A stretch of 28,830 bases of DNA from an uncultured virus (IMG/VR IMGVR_UViG_2852300590_000011). Its lineage: Duplodnaviria; Heunggongvirae; Uroviricota; Caudoviricetes. Shown here piece after piece: positions 1-9,391 of this stretch. Each line of letters starts with the position of its first letter. The stretch's first letter is position 1. The stretch lies in the IMG/VR virus record IMGVR_UViG_2852300590_000011. One strand, given 5' to 3'. The notes below the pieces were generated by a model. It made no database searches. It was given only the letters and a program-made list of their open reading frames with translations, and had not been told where the DNA came from. Position numbers and translations under genes: made by a program.

Positions 1-1
1 G

Positions 2-505
2 GTACTTATCGACAATGAAAAAATGAGCGATAAAAAAGCACTATTTAGTACCGATCATAAAAACATGCTCACGGGCGGGATGGATGTAGAAACCATCAGT
101 GCGGGTCGTACTGCTATGCGTCAACAAAAAGAAGGCGAACGAACACTCAATATTCGTCCGGCATTTATGTTGGTACCGACCACACTGGAAACACAAGCTA
201 TCCAAGTGGTTAAATCGGGTAGTGTGAAAGGCGCAGATGTTAATGCCAATATTATTAATCCAGTACGTGATTTAGCTGAAATTATCGCCGAACCTCGGTT
301 AGATGAAGCTAGTACAAAAGATTGGTATATGGCCTCACGCCAAGGTAGCGACACCATTGAAGTGGCGTACTTAAATGGGATTGATGTGCCATATATTGAT
401 CAACTAGAAGGCTTTACCTCTGATGGTGTCACGACAAAAGTGCGTATTGATGCGGGTGTAGCGCCAGTTGATTATCGCGGTCTACTGAAAGTGACGGGTA
501 AGTAA
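2..505 (+). CDS. Major capsid protein, C-terminal part (Gifsy-2-like, probably Clp protease-capsid fusion type); 5' end lies outside the window
   Basis: Frame is open from base 2. Motifs DTIEVAYLNG...PYIDQ.EGF..DGV..KVRIDAGVAPVDYRG are typical of this capsid family. Lies at the start of the head-tail gene order. Confidence 0.85.
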   Translation, partial: VLIDNEKMSDKKALFSTDHKNMLTGGMDVETISAGRTAMRQQKEGERTLNIRPAFMLVPTTLETQAIQVVKSGSVKGADVNANIINPVRDLAEIIAEPRLDEASTKDWYMASRQGSDTIEVAYLNGIDVPYIDQLEGFTSDGVTTKVRIDAGVAPVDYRGLLKVTGK

Positions 506-534
506 GACGTCTTTTTTCTTCATTTTATCCTGAT

Positions 535-553
535 GCCCTGATGGGCTTTTTTT
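535..553 (+). terminator. Rho-independent terminator after the capsid gene
   Basis: GCCC-TGAT-GGGC followed by T7. Confidence 0.6.
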
Positions 554-593
554 ATATCTAAAATCCGGTGCTTCGGCATCGGAAGGAGTTTTT

Positions 594-944
594 ATGGCTA
601 AAAATTATGTACAACAGGGGGGCACAATTGCAATTGCCAACAACACAAAAGAGATCATTAAAAGTGGTCAATTGGTACACGTTGGTGCGGTTGCTTGTGT
701 TGCGATCACGGATATTCAACCTAACGAAACCGGTGATGGTTTTGCAGAAGGTGTTTTCTTACTGAACAAGAAAACGGGAATTGCCTTAAAAGCGGGGGGA
801 GTGGCCTCTGTTAAAGACAATATCGTGGTGGATACAGGTGGCACACCTGCTGGTGTGGTTTGGGATGATGCGGATGCATCGAGTGAACATGTCACTATTA
901 AACTCAATGTCTTTGTGCCATCAGCGGGTACCCCTCAAGGTTAA
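594..944 (+). CDS. DUF2190-family phage head/capsid accessory protein
   Basis: MAKNYVQQG.TI...SG.LV.VG....VA.TDI...ETG.G..EGVF.L signature; AGGAG RBS at 584-588; directly after the capsid gene. Confidence 0.8.
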   Translation: MAKNYVQQGGTIAIANNTKEIIKSGQLVHVGAVACVAITDIQPNETGDGFAEGVFLLNKKTGIALKAGGVASVKDNIVVDTGGTPAGVVWDDADASSEHVTIKLNVFVPSAGTPQG

Positions 945-954
945 GGCAACATAG

Positions 955-1227
955 ATGAATCCATTTGAACACTTAATAAAAAGAATGGATAACGCGACCA
1001 CTGAGCGGATGGGGATCCCCATCCGTATTAATGGTGTTATTTATCAAGCACTCGAATCTCACTTTATCCCTGAATTGGGGCCGATGAGTGGTGACGGGGT
1101 GAGCTATGTTGTTTTTTCTTCAACATATCACCCTAAGCGCAGTGACGCCGTAGAAATTGAGGGGGAAGCCTATCAAGTCACTCGACACCAAAAGTTTAAT
1201 GGGAAACCACATATTTGGATCAAATAG
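955..1227 (+). CDS. Phage head-tail joining protein (Gifsy-2 type)
   Basis: 90 aa, C-terminal YQVTRHQKFNGKPHIWI; position between head genes and Z. Confidence 0.7.
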   Translation: MNPFEHLIKRMDNATTERMGIPIRINGVIYQALESHFIPELGPMSGDGVSYVVFSSTYHPKRSDAVEIEGEAYQVTRHQKFNGKPHIWIK

Positions 1228-1236
1228 GTGGGTGAT

Positions 1237-1800
1237 ATGAAAGGGTTAGCGCAAGCCATTAAAAACCTGAATAGCATTAATGATGAAATGGTCCCGAAAG
1301 CAACGGCAATGGCGATTAACCGTGTTGCTCGTCGTGTCATTAGCCATAGTGTTAAACGGGTTTCATCTGAAACCAAAGTACCTCAACGCCTGATCCGTCA
1401 ACGTGTTCGACTTAGTCGAGCGAGTAGCCGTTATAAAACGCCTCGCGCTCGATTAGTGATAAATCGGGGTAATTTGCCGGCCATTGCCCTAGGTAATGCG
1501 CGCGTTCAGCTATCAAGAAAACGAGGTAATCAGAAAGGCGCTGGAAGTGTTTTGAAGGTGGGGAGATTTTCTTTTCCTCATACTTTTATTCAACAGCTTG
1601 ATAATGGCCGTTGGCATATTCTTCAGCGAGTTGGTCAAAGCCGTTATCCCATCGAGGTGGTAAAAATTCCGCTCGTCACACCGCTAACAACAGCTTACAC
1701 CGAAGAGTCAGAGAAATTGCTTCAATCTGATATGCCCAAAGAAATGGCGTCGGCCTTAAAGCAACAGTTACGGCTTTATATAAAAGGGAGGGTTTGGTGA
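1237..1800 (+). CDS. Minor tail protein Z (lambda gpZ-like)
   Basis: Basic protein with MKGL.QAI.NL, AINRVA, INRGNLPAI.LG, RYPIEVVKIPL motifs as in gpZ. Confidence 0.9.
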   Translation: MKGLAQAIKNLNSINDEMVPKATAMAINRVARRVISHSVKRVSSETKVPQRLIRQRVRLSRASSRYKTPRARLVINRGNLPAIALGNARVQLSRKRGNQKGAGSVLKVGRFSFPHTFIQQLDNGRWHILQRVGQSRYPIEVVKIPLVTPLTTAYTEESEKLLQSDMPKEMASALKQQLRLYIKGRVW

Positions 1801-2195
1801 TCAAACATACACAGATCCGACATGCAATTAAAGAGGCGATTGAGCCTCATGCCAATGGGGTGACAGTCTTTGATGGTCGCCCTTTTTTTGTGGATGAAAA
1901 CGACTTTCCAGCCATTGCGGTGTACATCACCGATGCTATTTCAACAGGTGAAAATCTCGATGAAGATAGTTGGCAAGCAATTGTTCACATAGAAGTTTTT
2001 CTCAGTTCGAATAACCCTGATGCTGAGTTAGATAAATGGGTTGAAGCCGTGATTTATCCTGCGCTGACCTCCATTCCCGCACTGTCCGAGCTTATCGAGA
2101 ATATGACCCCTAACGGCTACGACTACCATCGTGATGAAGAAATGGGGTTGTGGGGGTCGGTCGATCTCCATTATCAAATTAATTATTCAATGTAA
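1797..2195 (+). CDS. Minor tail (tail terminator) protein U
   Basis: KHTQIR.A..., FDGRP.F.DE.DFPA.AVY.TDA, GYDY.RD.E.G.W.S.DL.Y.I.Y.M as in gpU; GTGA overlap with Z. Confidence 0.9.
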   Translation: MIKHTQIRHAIKEAIEPHANGVTVFDGRPFFVDENDFPAIAVYITDAISTGENLDEDSWQAIVHIEVFLSSNNPDAELDKWVEAVIYPALTSIPALSELIENMTPNGYDYHRDEEMGLWGSVDLHYQINYSM

Positions 2196-2206
2196 AAGGA
2201 ATCATT

Positions 2207-2728
2207 ATGCCTACACCAAACCCATTGGCACCCGTAAAGGGTGCTGGTACCACGCTTTGGATTTATAGCGGTACCGAAGACCCATTAAAAGATCCGTTTA
2301 CTGATACGGATTGGACACGACTGGCGAAAATTAAAGAACTACAGCCGGGTGAAATTACCGCAGACAGTTATGACGATACCTATCTTGATGACGAAGATGC
2401 GGACTGGAAAGCCACTGCTCAGGGGGAAAAATCAGCGGGTGAGGCCAACATCACGCTGGCATGGAAACCGGGTGAACAAGGTCAAAAAGATCTGGTTGAT
2501 TGGTTCCAACTAGGGGATGTTCGTCACTACCGCATTCGTTACCCCAATGGGGCCGTCGATATTTATCGAGGTTGGGTTAGTTCGCTTGGAAAAACGGTAC
2601 CTGCGAAAGAAGTGATCACCCGTACCATTAAGATCACCAACAGTGGCCGTCCTGCGCTTGCAGAAGAAATTAAATCAGCGTCAGAGCAAGGAAAAAGTGC
2701 GCCCGTTATTAAAAAAGATAATGAATAA
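2207..2728 (+). CDS. Major tail tube protein V (short form without the C-terminal Ig-like domain)
   Basis: [47 protein letters not shown] match gpV; only 173 aa. Confidence 0.92.
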   Translation: MPTPNPLAPVKGAGTTLWIYSGTEDPLKDPFTDTDWTRLAKIKELQPGEITADSYDDTYLDDEDADWKATAQGEKSAGEANITLAWKPGEQGQKDLVDWFQLGDVRHYRIRYPNGAVDIYRGWVSSLGKTVPAKEVITRTIKITNSGRPALAEEIKSASEQGKSAPVIKKDNE

Positions 2729-2739
2729 AAGGTAACAAC

Positions 2740-3129
2740 ATGTTTTTAAAGAAAAAAGAGTTTACTTACAGCGGTGAGTCTATTGCGTTATATGAATTAT
2801 CAGCATTACAGCGTATTGAATACTTTGATTTTTTAGTCGAGCAAGCAGAAAAAAACGACGATATTGAAAAAGTGGAAGGTGTTAAAAAAACCGCCCTGAT
2901 TATTCGTGTAAACACAGAATCTAACGCTTGGCTAGTATCTCGTTCATTAGCCCACGGTGGATCGAATGATGTTGAAAAAATTTACAATGATGTTCTTTCT
3001 ACATGGAATCCTGAAGCACTCGCTCTTGCAGCTAAAGAAGTGCTGGTGATTAGCGGGATGGCACAAACTGAAAACACGGAAAATGAAAATATTCACAGTG
3101 ATGCACAGGAAGAGTCATTGGAAAAGTAG
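2740..3129 (+). CDS. Tail assembly chaperone G
   Basis: MFLK...F.Y.G.S..L.ELSALQRIEY as in gpG; ends at the slippery sequence GGAAAAG. Confidence 0.9.
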   Translation: MFLKKKEFTYSGESIALYELSALQRIEYFDFLVEQAEKNDDIEKVEGVKKTALIIRVNTESNAWLVSRSLAHGGSNDVEKIYNDVLSTWNPEALALAAKEVLVISGMAQTENTENENIHSDAQEESLEK

Positions 3130-3470
3130 TTGCCCGTGAACATCAATTTATTCTGCGCCTATCACATGAATTTAAACGTGCTGATTGGCGCAGAATGCTC
3201 AGTGAGATGACAGCGACCGAGCTCGCTGATTGGTTACACTTCTTTAATGAAACTCCCTTCACCATTCAATTTATCGATCATGCTTTTTCTGGTCTTAATT
3301 TCACGGTTGCCAGTGTTTTTGGTGGTGGTAAAGACTTATCACCAGAGGATTTTAGTGTGTTGTTACGTAAACCTGCTGTTGATATGGACGATGAAATCAT
3401 GATGGCGGTAAGTGAAGGGATAGCGGGCGGAATACGATATGAGCCAACAAATAGCGGATCTAACGATTAA
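3120..3470 (+). CDS. Tail assembly chaperone T frame, expressed as a G-T fusion by -1 frameshift
   Basis: The -1 frame is open from 3120: GKVVAREHQFILRLSHEFKRADWRRMLSEMTATELADW, resembling lambda gpT. Confidence 0.85.
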   Translation, partial: GKVVAREHQFILRLSHEFKRADWRRMLSEMTATELADWLHFFNETPFTIQFIDHAFSGLNFTVASVFGGGKDLSPEDFSVLLRKPAVDMDDEIMMAVSEGIAGGIRYEPTNSGSND

Positions 3471-6454
3471 TTTAGGGGCTGAAACAGCCGATTTTAAAGA
3501 GCAAATGGGGCGAGTAGAACGTCAGCTCCAAGAAACCGCAGAAAAAGCCGAAGCCAGTCAACGACGTATGGCTCAACTGGTTGAACAACAAGCGCAATCT
3601 GCTCGCAGTTCAGCAGAGAGTACAGCGCAGTCTCTTCAGGAACTTAACAATCAACAAGAAATTACTCAACAACAACGAGCAGAGTATTACCAACGCATTG
3701 CGCAAGAAGAAGCGCGCTCAGCTATTGAATCACGCAAACAAGCTGATGCTTTTTTAGAGCAAGCTCAAAGTGTTGGGCAAACGAGAAATGCACTCGAACA
3801 ACTCACTGAGGTTTTAAATAAATCAACAAAGGCTTATGACAAGCTAAAAATTACAGGTGAGCAGTTCGCTGAAATTCAGAATGTCACTAAATCAAGAATA
3901 AAGGCGATACAAGATCAACAAGATGCAAACACTGAAAAATATTTTAAGCAGATTGAAGCAGTTAAAGGACTTTCTGGAGGAACGTCGGCATTAAGGGCCA
4001 TTCAAGCTCAGCTTAGTCAAGAAGTAAAAAAGGGCACTATCCATCAACAAGACTATCGGACACTGATTTCTGCCATTACCTCAGAGTCAATGAAGTTGCG
4101 CCGGGAAGAAGAGTCTCTAACGCAACAAAAAACGCGATTTATTCAGCGACTAAAAGAGCAAGTTGCTACTCAAAACTTAAGTCGTGAACAGATGTTGCGT
4201 TATCAAGCCTCTCAACTTGGTGTCAGTTCTTCTGCAGAAATTTATATTCGTCGATTATCTGAATCGAGCAAAGAAACCAAAGAGTTTGATAAAAATATCA
4301 AGTCATTAGCTGGTCGTCTTCAGGGTATTGCCAACTCATTTAATATGGGCTCATTGGTTCGTGGTGGTATCTGGGGAGGAATTACGGCAGGTTTAACAGG
4401 CGTTGCAAAGCTAGCCTATGATGCAGAAAGAGAATTTTCTCAGTTTAATAAACAACTGATTTTAACCGGTAACTACGCCAATAAATCTGCGAGCCAATTA
4501 AACGAAATGGCGCGAACCCTAGCGGGTGGCGGGATTACGCGTGGTGAAATGGCATCATCAATTTCGAGTGTCGTCGGTACTGGCGTATTTTCGAATAATG
4601 AGATTTCTCGTGTTTCAAAAGCGGCCGCACAGATGAATTACATCACAGGCCAGGCGATTGATACCACTATTGATCAGTTTAAACGTCTGCAAGATGAACC
4701 GCTTCAAATGTCGCTTGAATTAGAAAAAGCGAATCATCACCTCACTGCATCCCAATTAGAACAAATTCGAACTCTCGAATTGCAAGGTAATAAAACCGAA
4801 GCAGCTAAGCTGGCGATTGATGCTTATGCTCAAGCTATAAATGATGGTGCCATTGAGATCCCCAACAAGTTGGAGGGAATAGAATTAGCCTGGTTCAATA
4901 TTAAAAAAGCAACAAATGACGCCAAAGATGCCGCATTGAATTATTACCGAACAAGAACATTAAAGGATGAAATCCGTGAGCATGAAGAAATGCTGGTTAA
5001 TTTTCAGATAAACCCATTTACTGAAAAACTGCATTATGACAAAACAGGTCAAACAATTGATGATGTTAAAGCTCATTTAAAAGAATTGAAAGATCAGGCA
5101 GCTGATATTGACCTAAAAAATGCCCAAGCCCAAGCAGAAAAAGACAATGAGCAGTTTAAAGTTAACCAAATTAAAACTCAGGAAAAGTGGAGGAGTTACT
5201 TTAGTTGGGAAACTCAAAGGTTACAAAAATTAGCGGAATTAGAAAAAGAAAAACACGCACTAACACAAGAACAGTATGAAGAAGCTAAGGCGATGATTAA
5301 TTTTCGTTTAAGAGATCGTCAAATGCCGGGTACAGGGAAAGGCAAAAGATACGTTGTGCCAGCTGGTGTTCGTGAAGAAGAAAAAGCCTCTAGAGATTTA
5401 TTAGCATTACAAGCTCAATTGAAAATCCTTGAAGATCACAAAAGTGCTAATGATGTTATTAGTCAGCAACGTAAAGACTTTCAAAAAGAGCAGGCGCAAT
5501 TTGCAATCCTAGAAGAAGCGCAGTTGACGCGTCGATTAGATAATGCTGAAAAATCGCTATTAGCAAATAAGGAAAGCATCCTAATTCAAAAGGAAGCGTT
5601 AGCGATAGAAGGCGATAAAGTTGCCTTGCAAGAACGTTTAAATAAGATGCAAGATCAGGCTACTAAATATATTGCTCAACAATCGGAAAAACGTAAAGCG
5701 ATTGAAGAAAGCATGGGTAAATCAGCAAGAGAGCAACAACGTTACTTGGAACGCGCTCAACTTCTTGCGGGACAAAAAGAGAACCCACAGCTAAATAATA
5801 TGTTAGCTGAGCAACAGAAAACATGGGAAGTTGAAGATCAAAAACGGAGCCAATTGGCTAAAAGGAGCTGAAACAGCTTGGGGTAACTATAAAGACACGG
5901 CTCTTGATGTTAATACTCAAATACAAAATGCTACCTCTATGGCGCTTAATGGATTTAGTAGCCAATTAACTAATGTACTGGTTGATGGTGAAGCCAACTT
6001 CAAAGACTTTACAAAATCGATCCTCAAAATGCTGACGGATATCTTTATTAAAATGTCATTAGTTAAAGGAATAGAGGCGATGGGCTTTGGTTTTGGCGCC
6101 CCAGTCGCGAATGCTAACGGTGGTGTTTACAACTCAACCAGCCTAAGTGCTTACAGTGGACAGATTGTTTATAAACCTACCATGTTTGCGTTTGCAAAAG
6201 GTGCAGGCTTGATGGGAGAAGCTGGGCCAGAAGGCATTTTCCCTTTGCGCCGTGGTGCTGATGGGAAGCTGGGCGTTATTGCGAAAATCCCCAATCAGGG
6301 AGGAGGTGTTACCCAGCATTATCACATTACTATACAAAATGATGGTAGCAATGGGCAAATAGGGCCTGAAGCATTGAAAAAGATTTATGAAATCAGTAAG
6401 CGAGGTGCTCAGGACTATATCATGAGCCAACGCCGGGATGGTGGAGCTATGTAG
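3439..6454 (+). pseudogene. Tail tape measure protein H, split by an apparent +1 frameshift near 5846
   Basis: ORF 3439-5871 has the MSQQIADL.I.L N-terminus and coiled coil. ORF 5831-6454 has the lambda H C-terminal motifs NWLKG, FAKGAGLMGEAGPE.I.PL.RG.DGKLGV. Removing one G from AAACGGAGCC restores EDQKRANWLKG. Confidence 0.85.
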
Positions 6455-6784
6455 ATGGAAACATTTAAGTGGAAAGTTAAACCTGATATGAAAAAGGAGT
6501 TTGAGCCTCGAGTAAAATCAGTGAAATTTGGCGACGGCTATGAACAGCGTCGCCCTGACGATATTAATAATAATCTAAAAAAATACAATGTAACGCTGAT
6601 CTATATAAATAGTGAAAGCTTGCAGATTGAATTATTTTTAGAAAAACATGCTGGTGTTACCACATTTTTATGGAAGCCACCTCATCAATCAGAATTAATT
6701 CAGGTACTATGTCGAAAATGGTCGTCTTCAGTAGGGATGATTAGAACTGAAATAACGGCTGAATTCGAACAAGTTGTTTATTAG
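6455..6784 (+). CDS. Minor tail protein M (distal tail)
   Basis: METFKWKVKPDM, VKFGDGYEQRRP, FLWKPP, AEFEQVV as in gpM. Confidence 0.92.
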   Translation: METFKWKVKPDMKKEFEPRVKSVKFGDGYEQRRPDDINNNLKKYNVTLIYINSESLQIELFLEKHAGVTTFLWKPPHQSELIQVLCRKWSSSVGMIRTEITAEFEQVVY

Positions 6785-6801
6785 GTGACAAATAAGGAAT
6801 A

Positions 6802-7284
6802 ATGGTGAAAAATATAATACTAACAGTTTTGTTATTTACTTCATTTAGTGTAATTGGTAGTGAAAATATATCGTTAGGAAAATGGATCATAACTAAAGAA
6901 GAGAATAAATTAACTGATAAAATAGATTATTTTGCAATATTACCACCCGAAAGTGGTGGTGGGGCTTTAGTATTAAGATGTGTTGATAATAAAACTGATG
7001 CGTTCCTTGCGACAGATGATTTTATAAGTTTGGATGATTATAGCAAAGTTACTATCAGAATTGATGGGCAGAAAGCATATACCGAAAGATGGGAAATAGG
7101 GGGGGATAATGATACTTTATTTCCTTTAAGCCCGATACAGTTTATAAAAAAAATAAATAATAGTAATAAATTAATTATTGGTTATAAGCCATATAATAGA
7201 ACTCAAACTGTAAGCGAATTTAAAATTGATCATATAGATGAAGTTTCAAAATCAGTATCAAAATACTGTGGCTGGAAACTATAA
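6802..7284 (+). CDS. Exported hypothetical protein (moron between M and L)
   Basis: AT-rich, AAGGA RBS, N-terminal signal peptide (IILTVLLFTSFSVIG), two Cys, own terminator; interrupts the conserved M-L order. Confidence 0.75.
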   Translation: MVKNIILTVLLFTSFSVIGSENISLGKWIITKEENKLTDKIDYFAILPPESGGGALVLRCVDNKTDAFLATDDFISLDDYSKVTIRIDGQKAYTERWEIGGDNDTLFPLSPIQFIKKINNSNKLIIGYKPYNRTQTVSEFKIDHIDEVSKSVSKYCGWKL

Positions 7285-7330
7285 AAATCATATTAATTTT
7301 ATTATTTTAAATATTTACAGAAATTATAAT

Positions 7331-7356
7331 AAGCCACCTTTTTTAGGTGGTTTTTT
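7331..7356 (+). terminator. Rho-independent terminator after the moron
   Basis: AAGCCACCT-TTTTT-AGGTGGTTT followed by further T residues. Confidence 0.7.
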
Positions 7357-7368
7357 ATTGGAGCTAAT

Positions 7369-8073
7369 ATGCAACATATTCCTCCTGAAATGCGAATTAG
7401 TGTTACCGAACTCTCCTCAACTGATGCTTTGCTTGAGCTTTACGAATTTGATTTAACCAAAATAGGCGGTATTCGGTACCGCTTTTTTGATGGACTCAAT
7501 CAGCGTAAAGAGCCGTTAATCTGGCAAGGAAACACCTATGAACCTTACCCCGTGAAAGGTGAAGGCTTTTCTTTTAATGGCAAAGGCCCCTCAGGGCGAC
7601 CCACTATTACATTGTCGAATTTATTTGGATTGATTACAGGGATTGCCAGTCAATTAGATAGTGCAATCAGTGGGCTGGTGGTACGACGCATTGTCAGCAC
7701 TCAATTTTTAGATGCAGTAAATTTTCCTCAAGGCAATCCTAACGCCGATCCGTCACAAGAAATTGTGACACGTTGGATCATTGAGCAGATGACCAGTTTA
7801 AATTCAGTAACAGCTACCTTTATGTTAGCCACACCGAGTGAGACTGACGGATTAATGCTGCCTGGGCGTGCTATTTTGTCTGATATCTGTAATTTTTGTT
7901 ATCGCTCAGAAGAGTGTGGTTACAAAGGCCCCCCTGTTGCTGACGAATGGGGAAAGCCAACCACTGATCCACTAAAAGACAAATGTGGCAAACGTCTTAG
8001 TGACTGTAAGTTACGAAAAAACGAATCACGTATAGGCGCGTTTGTTTCCACTTCCCGTATTGGTAATAATTAA
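7369..8073 (+). CDS. Minor tail protein L
   Basis: WQG..YEPYP..G.GF..NGKG...RP, C...YRSEECGY.GP.VADE, DKC.K.LS.CK.R Fe-S cysteines as in gpL. Confidence 0.93.
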   Translation: MQHIPPEMRISVTELSSTDALLELYEFDLTKIGGIRYRFFDGLNQRKEPLIWQGNTYEPYPVKGEGFSFNGKGPSGRPTITLSNLFGLITGIASQLDSAISGLVVRRIVSTQFLDAVNFPQGNPNADPSQEIVTRWIIEQMTSLNSVTATFMLATPSETDGLMLPGRAILSDICNFCYRSEECGYKGPPVADEWGKPTTDPLKDKCGKRLSDCKLRKNESRIGAFVSTSRIGNN

Positions 8074-8094
8074 CTCCCTCCTAAGGTGTTTCTT

Positions 8095-8823
8095 ATGATA
8101 GAGCAAGCAATTTTGGCGCATGCGAAAGAGCAAGCGCCATCGGAGGCGTGTGGCTTATTGGTAAGTACCGCACAGGGTGAACAGTATTTACCTTGTGTTA
8201 ATCAGCACACTGATCCGAAAAACTATTTCACGATTTCTTTTGATGATTTTATTCGAGCCGAACAGCAGGGCGAGGTGATAGCCGTTGTACACAGTCACCC
8301 TGATGGTCAGCCTTATCTCAGCACCTTAGATCGACAACTGCAGGTGAACAGTGCGTTGCCGTGGTGGGTGGTCTGTGATGAAAAAATTCACTGCTATCAA
8401 CCGGTATCTCATCTCTTAGGTCGCCAATTTATTCATGGCTCAACAGATTGTTATGGGTTGCTTCGTGATGCTTATCATTTGGTAGGACATGATCTGCCTG
8501 ATTTTGAGCGACATGATAATTGGTGGCGTCAAGGTAAAGAACTGTACCTCGATAATATGATAAGCAGTGGTTTTCGGCAGGTAAAAAAAGAAGCGCAACC
8601 CGGCGATATTATTTTGTGTTGCTATGCCAGCTCTCGTGCCAACCACGCGGGGATTTATTTAGGCAATCAAACGATTTTACATCACATTCCAAACCAACTT
8701 AGCAAACGCGAGGAGTATAACGAACGATGGCAACGAATGACGCACTCAATTTGGTGTTACCGCGATTGGCAACCTTCCGACTTTACGGGGATTTGCAACG
8801 ATTTGGACGTCGCTTTGATTTAA
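8095..8823 (+). CDS. Tail assembly protein K (JAB/MPN + NlpC/P60)
   Basis: EACG, VHSHP...LS..D JAB motif; TDCY, ANHAGIYLG...LHH NlpC motif. Confidence 0.93.
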   Translation: MIEQAILAHAKEQAPSEACGLLVSTAQGEQYLPCVNQHTDPKNYFTISFDDFIRAEQQGEVIAVVHSHPDGQPYLSTLDRQLQVNSALPWWVVCDEKIHCYQPVSHLLGRQFIHGSTDCYGLLRDAYHLVGHDLPDFERHDNWWRQGKELYLDNMISSGFRQVKKEAQPGDIILCCYASSRANHAGIYLGNQTILHHIPNQLSKREEYNERWQRMTHSIWCYRDWQPSDFTGICNDLDVALI

Positions 8824-9377
8824 ATGTGAATACTGCTTCTGAAGGTCTTCACGCGCTTTTTATTCAACTTCCAGCATTACGCTTAGCTATTCGTGATGGT
8901 TGGTATCAAGTGCGCATTGCGGGTACTGATATTTCCCCACAAGACATTAACCAAAGATTCAATGAAACCTTACCTGATAATGCAGTAGTTCATATTGTGC
9001 CGAAATTATCAGGGGCTAAAAATGTCGGTATTTTTCAATTTATTGCAGGTGCTGCTTTATTTTCATTGGGATGGTGGGGGCCAGCGTGGATCTCCGCAAC
9101 AGTAGCGACTTCTTTGATGGCGGGCGGTGCAGCTATGATGATTGGTGGTGTCGCTCAAATGCTGATCCCGTCTCCAAAACCTCCCAATCTATCTCGTGAT
9201 GATGAAGAAAAAGGCAATACTTATTTTAGCAATCTTGATAATGCCGTTGCACAAGGAATGTCGGTGCCCATTGCCTACGGCGAAATTATGTGTGGTTCAC
9301 GCGTCATTTCACAATCTGTTGAAATTATGGATGACAGTGACGGTGAAAATATCGATGCCGGCAAACACGGTGGTTAA
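8727..9377 (+). CDS. Tail assembly protein I
   Basis: LYGDLQRFGRR, GWYQVRIAG, NTYFS.LDN.VAQG..VP..YGE...GSRVISQ as in gpI. Confidence 0.92.
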   Translation: MATNDALNLVLPRLATFRLYGDLQRFGRRFDLNVNTASEGLHALFIQLPALRLAIRDGWYQVRIAGTDISPQDINQRFNETLPDNAVVHIVPKLSGAKNVGIFQFIAGAALFSLGWWGPAWISATVATSLMAGGAAMMIGGVAQMLIPSPKPPNLSRDDEEKGNTYFSNLDNAVAQGMSVPIAYGEIMCGSRVISQSVEIMDDSDGENIDAGKHGG

Positions 9378-9391
9378 GAGGAGTTCGTATC

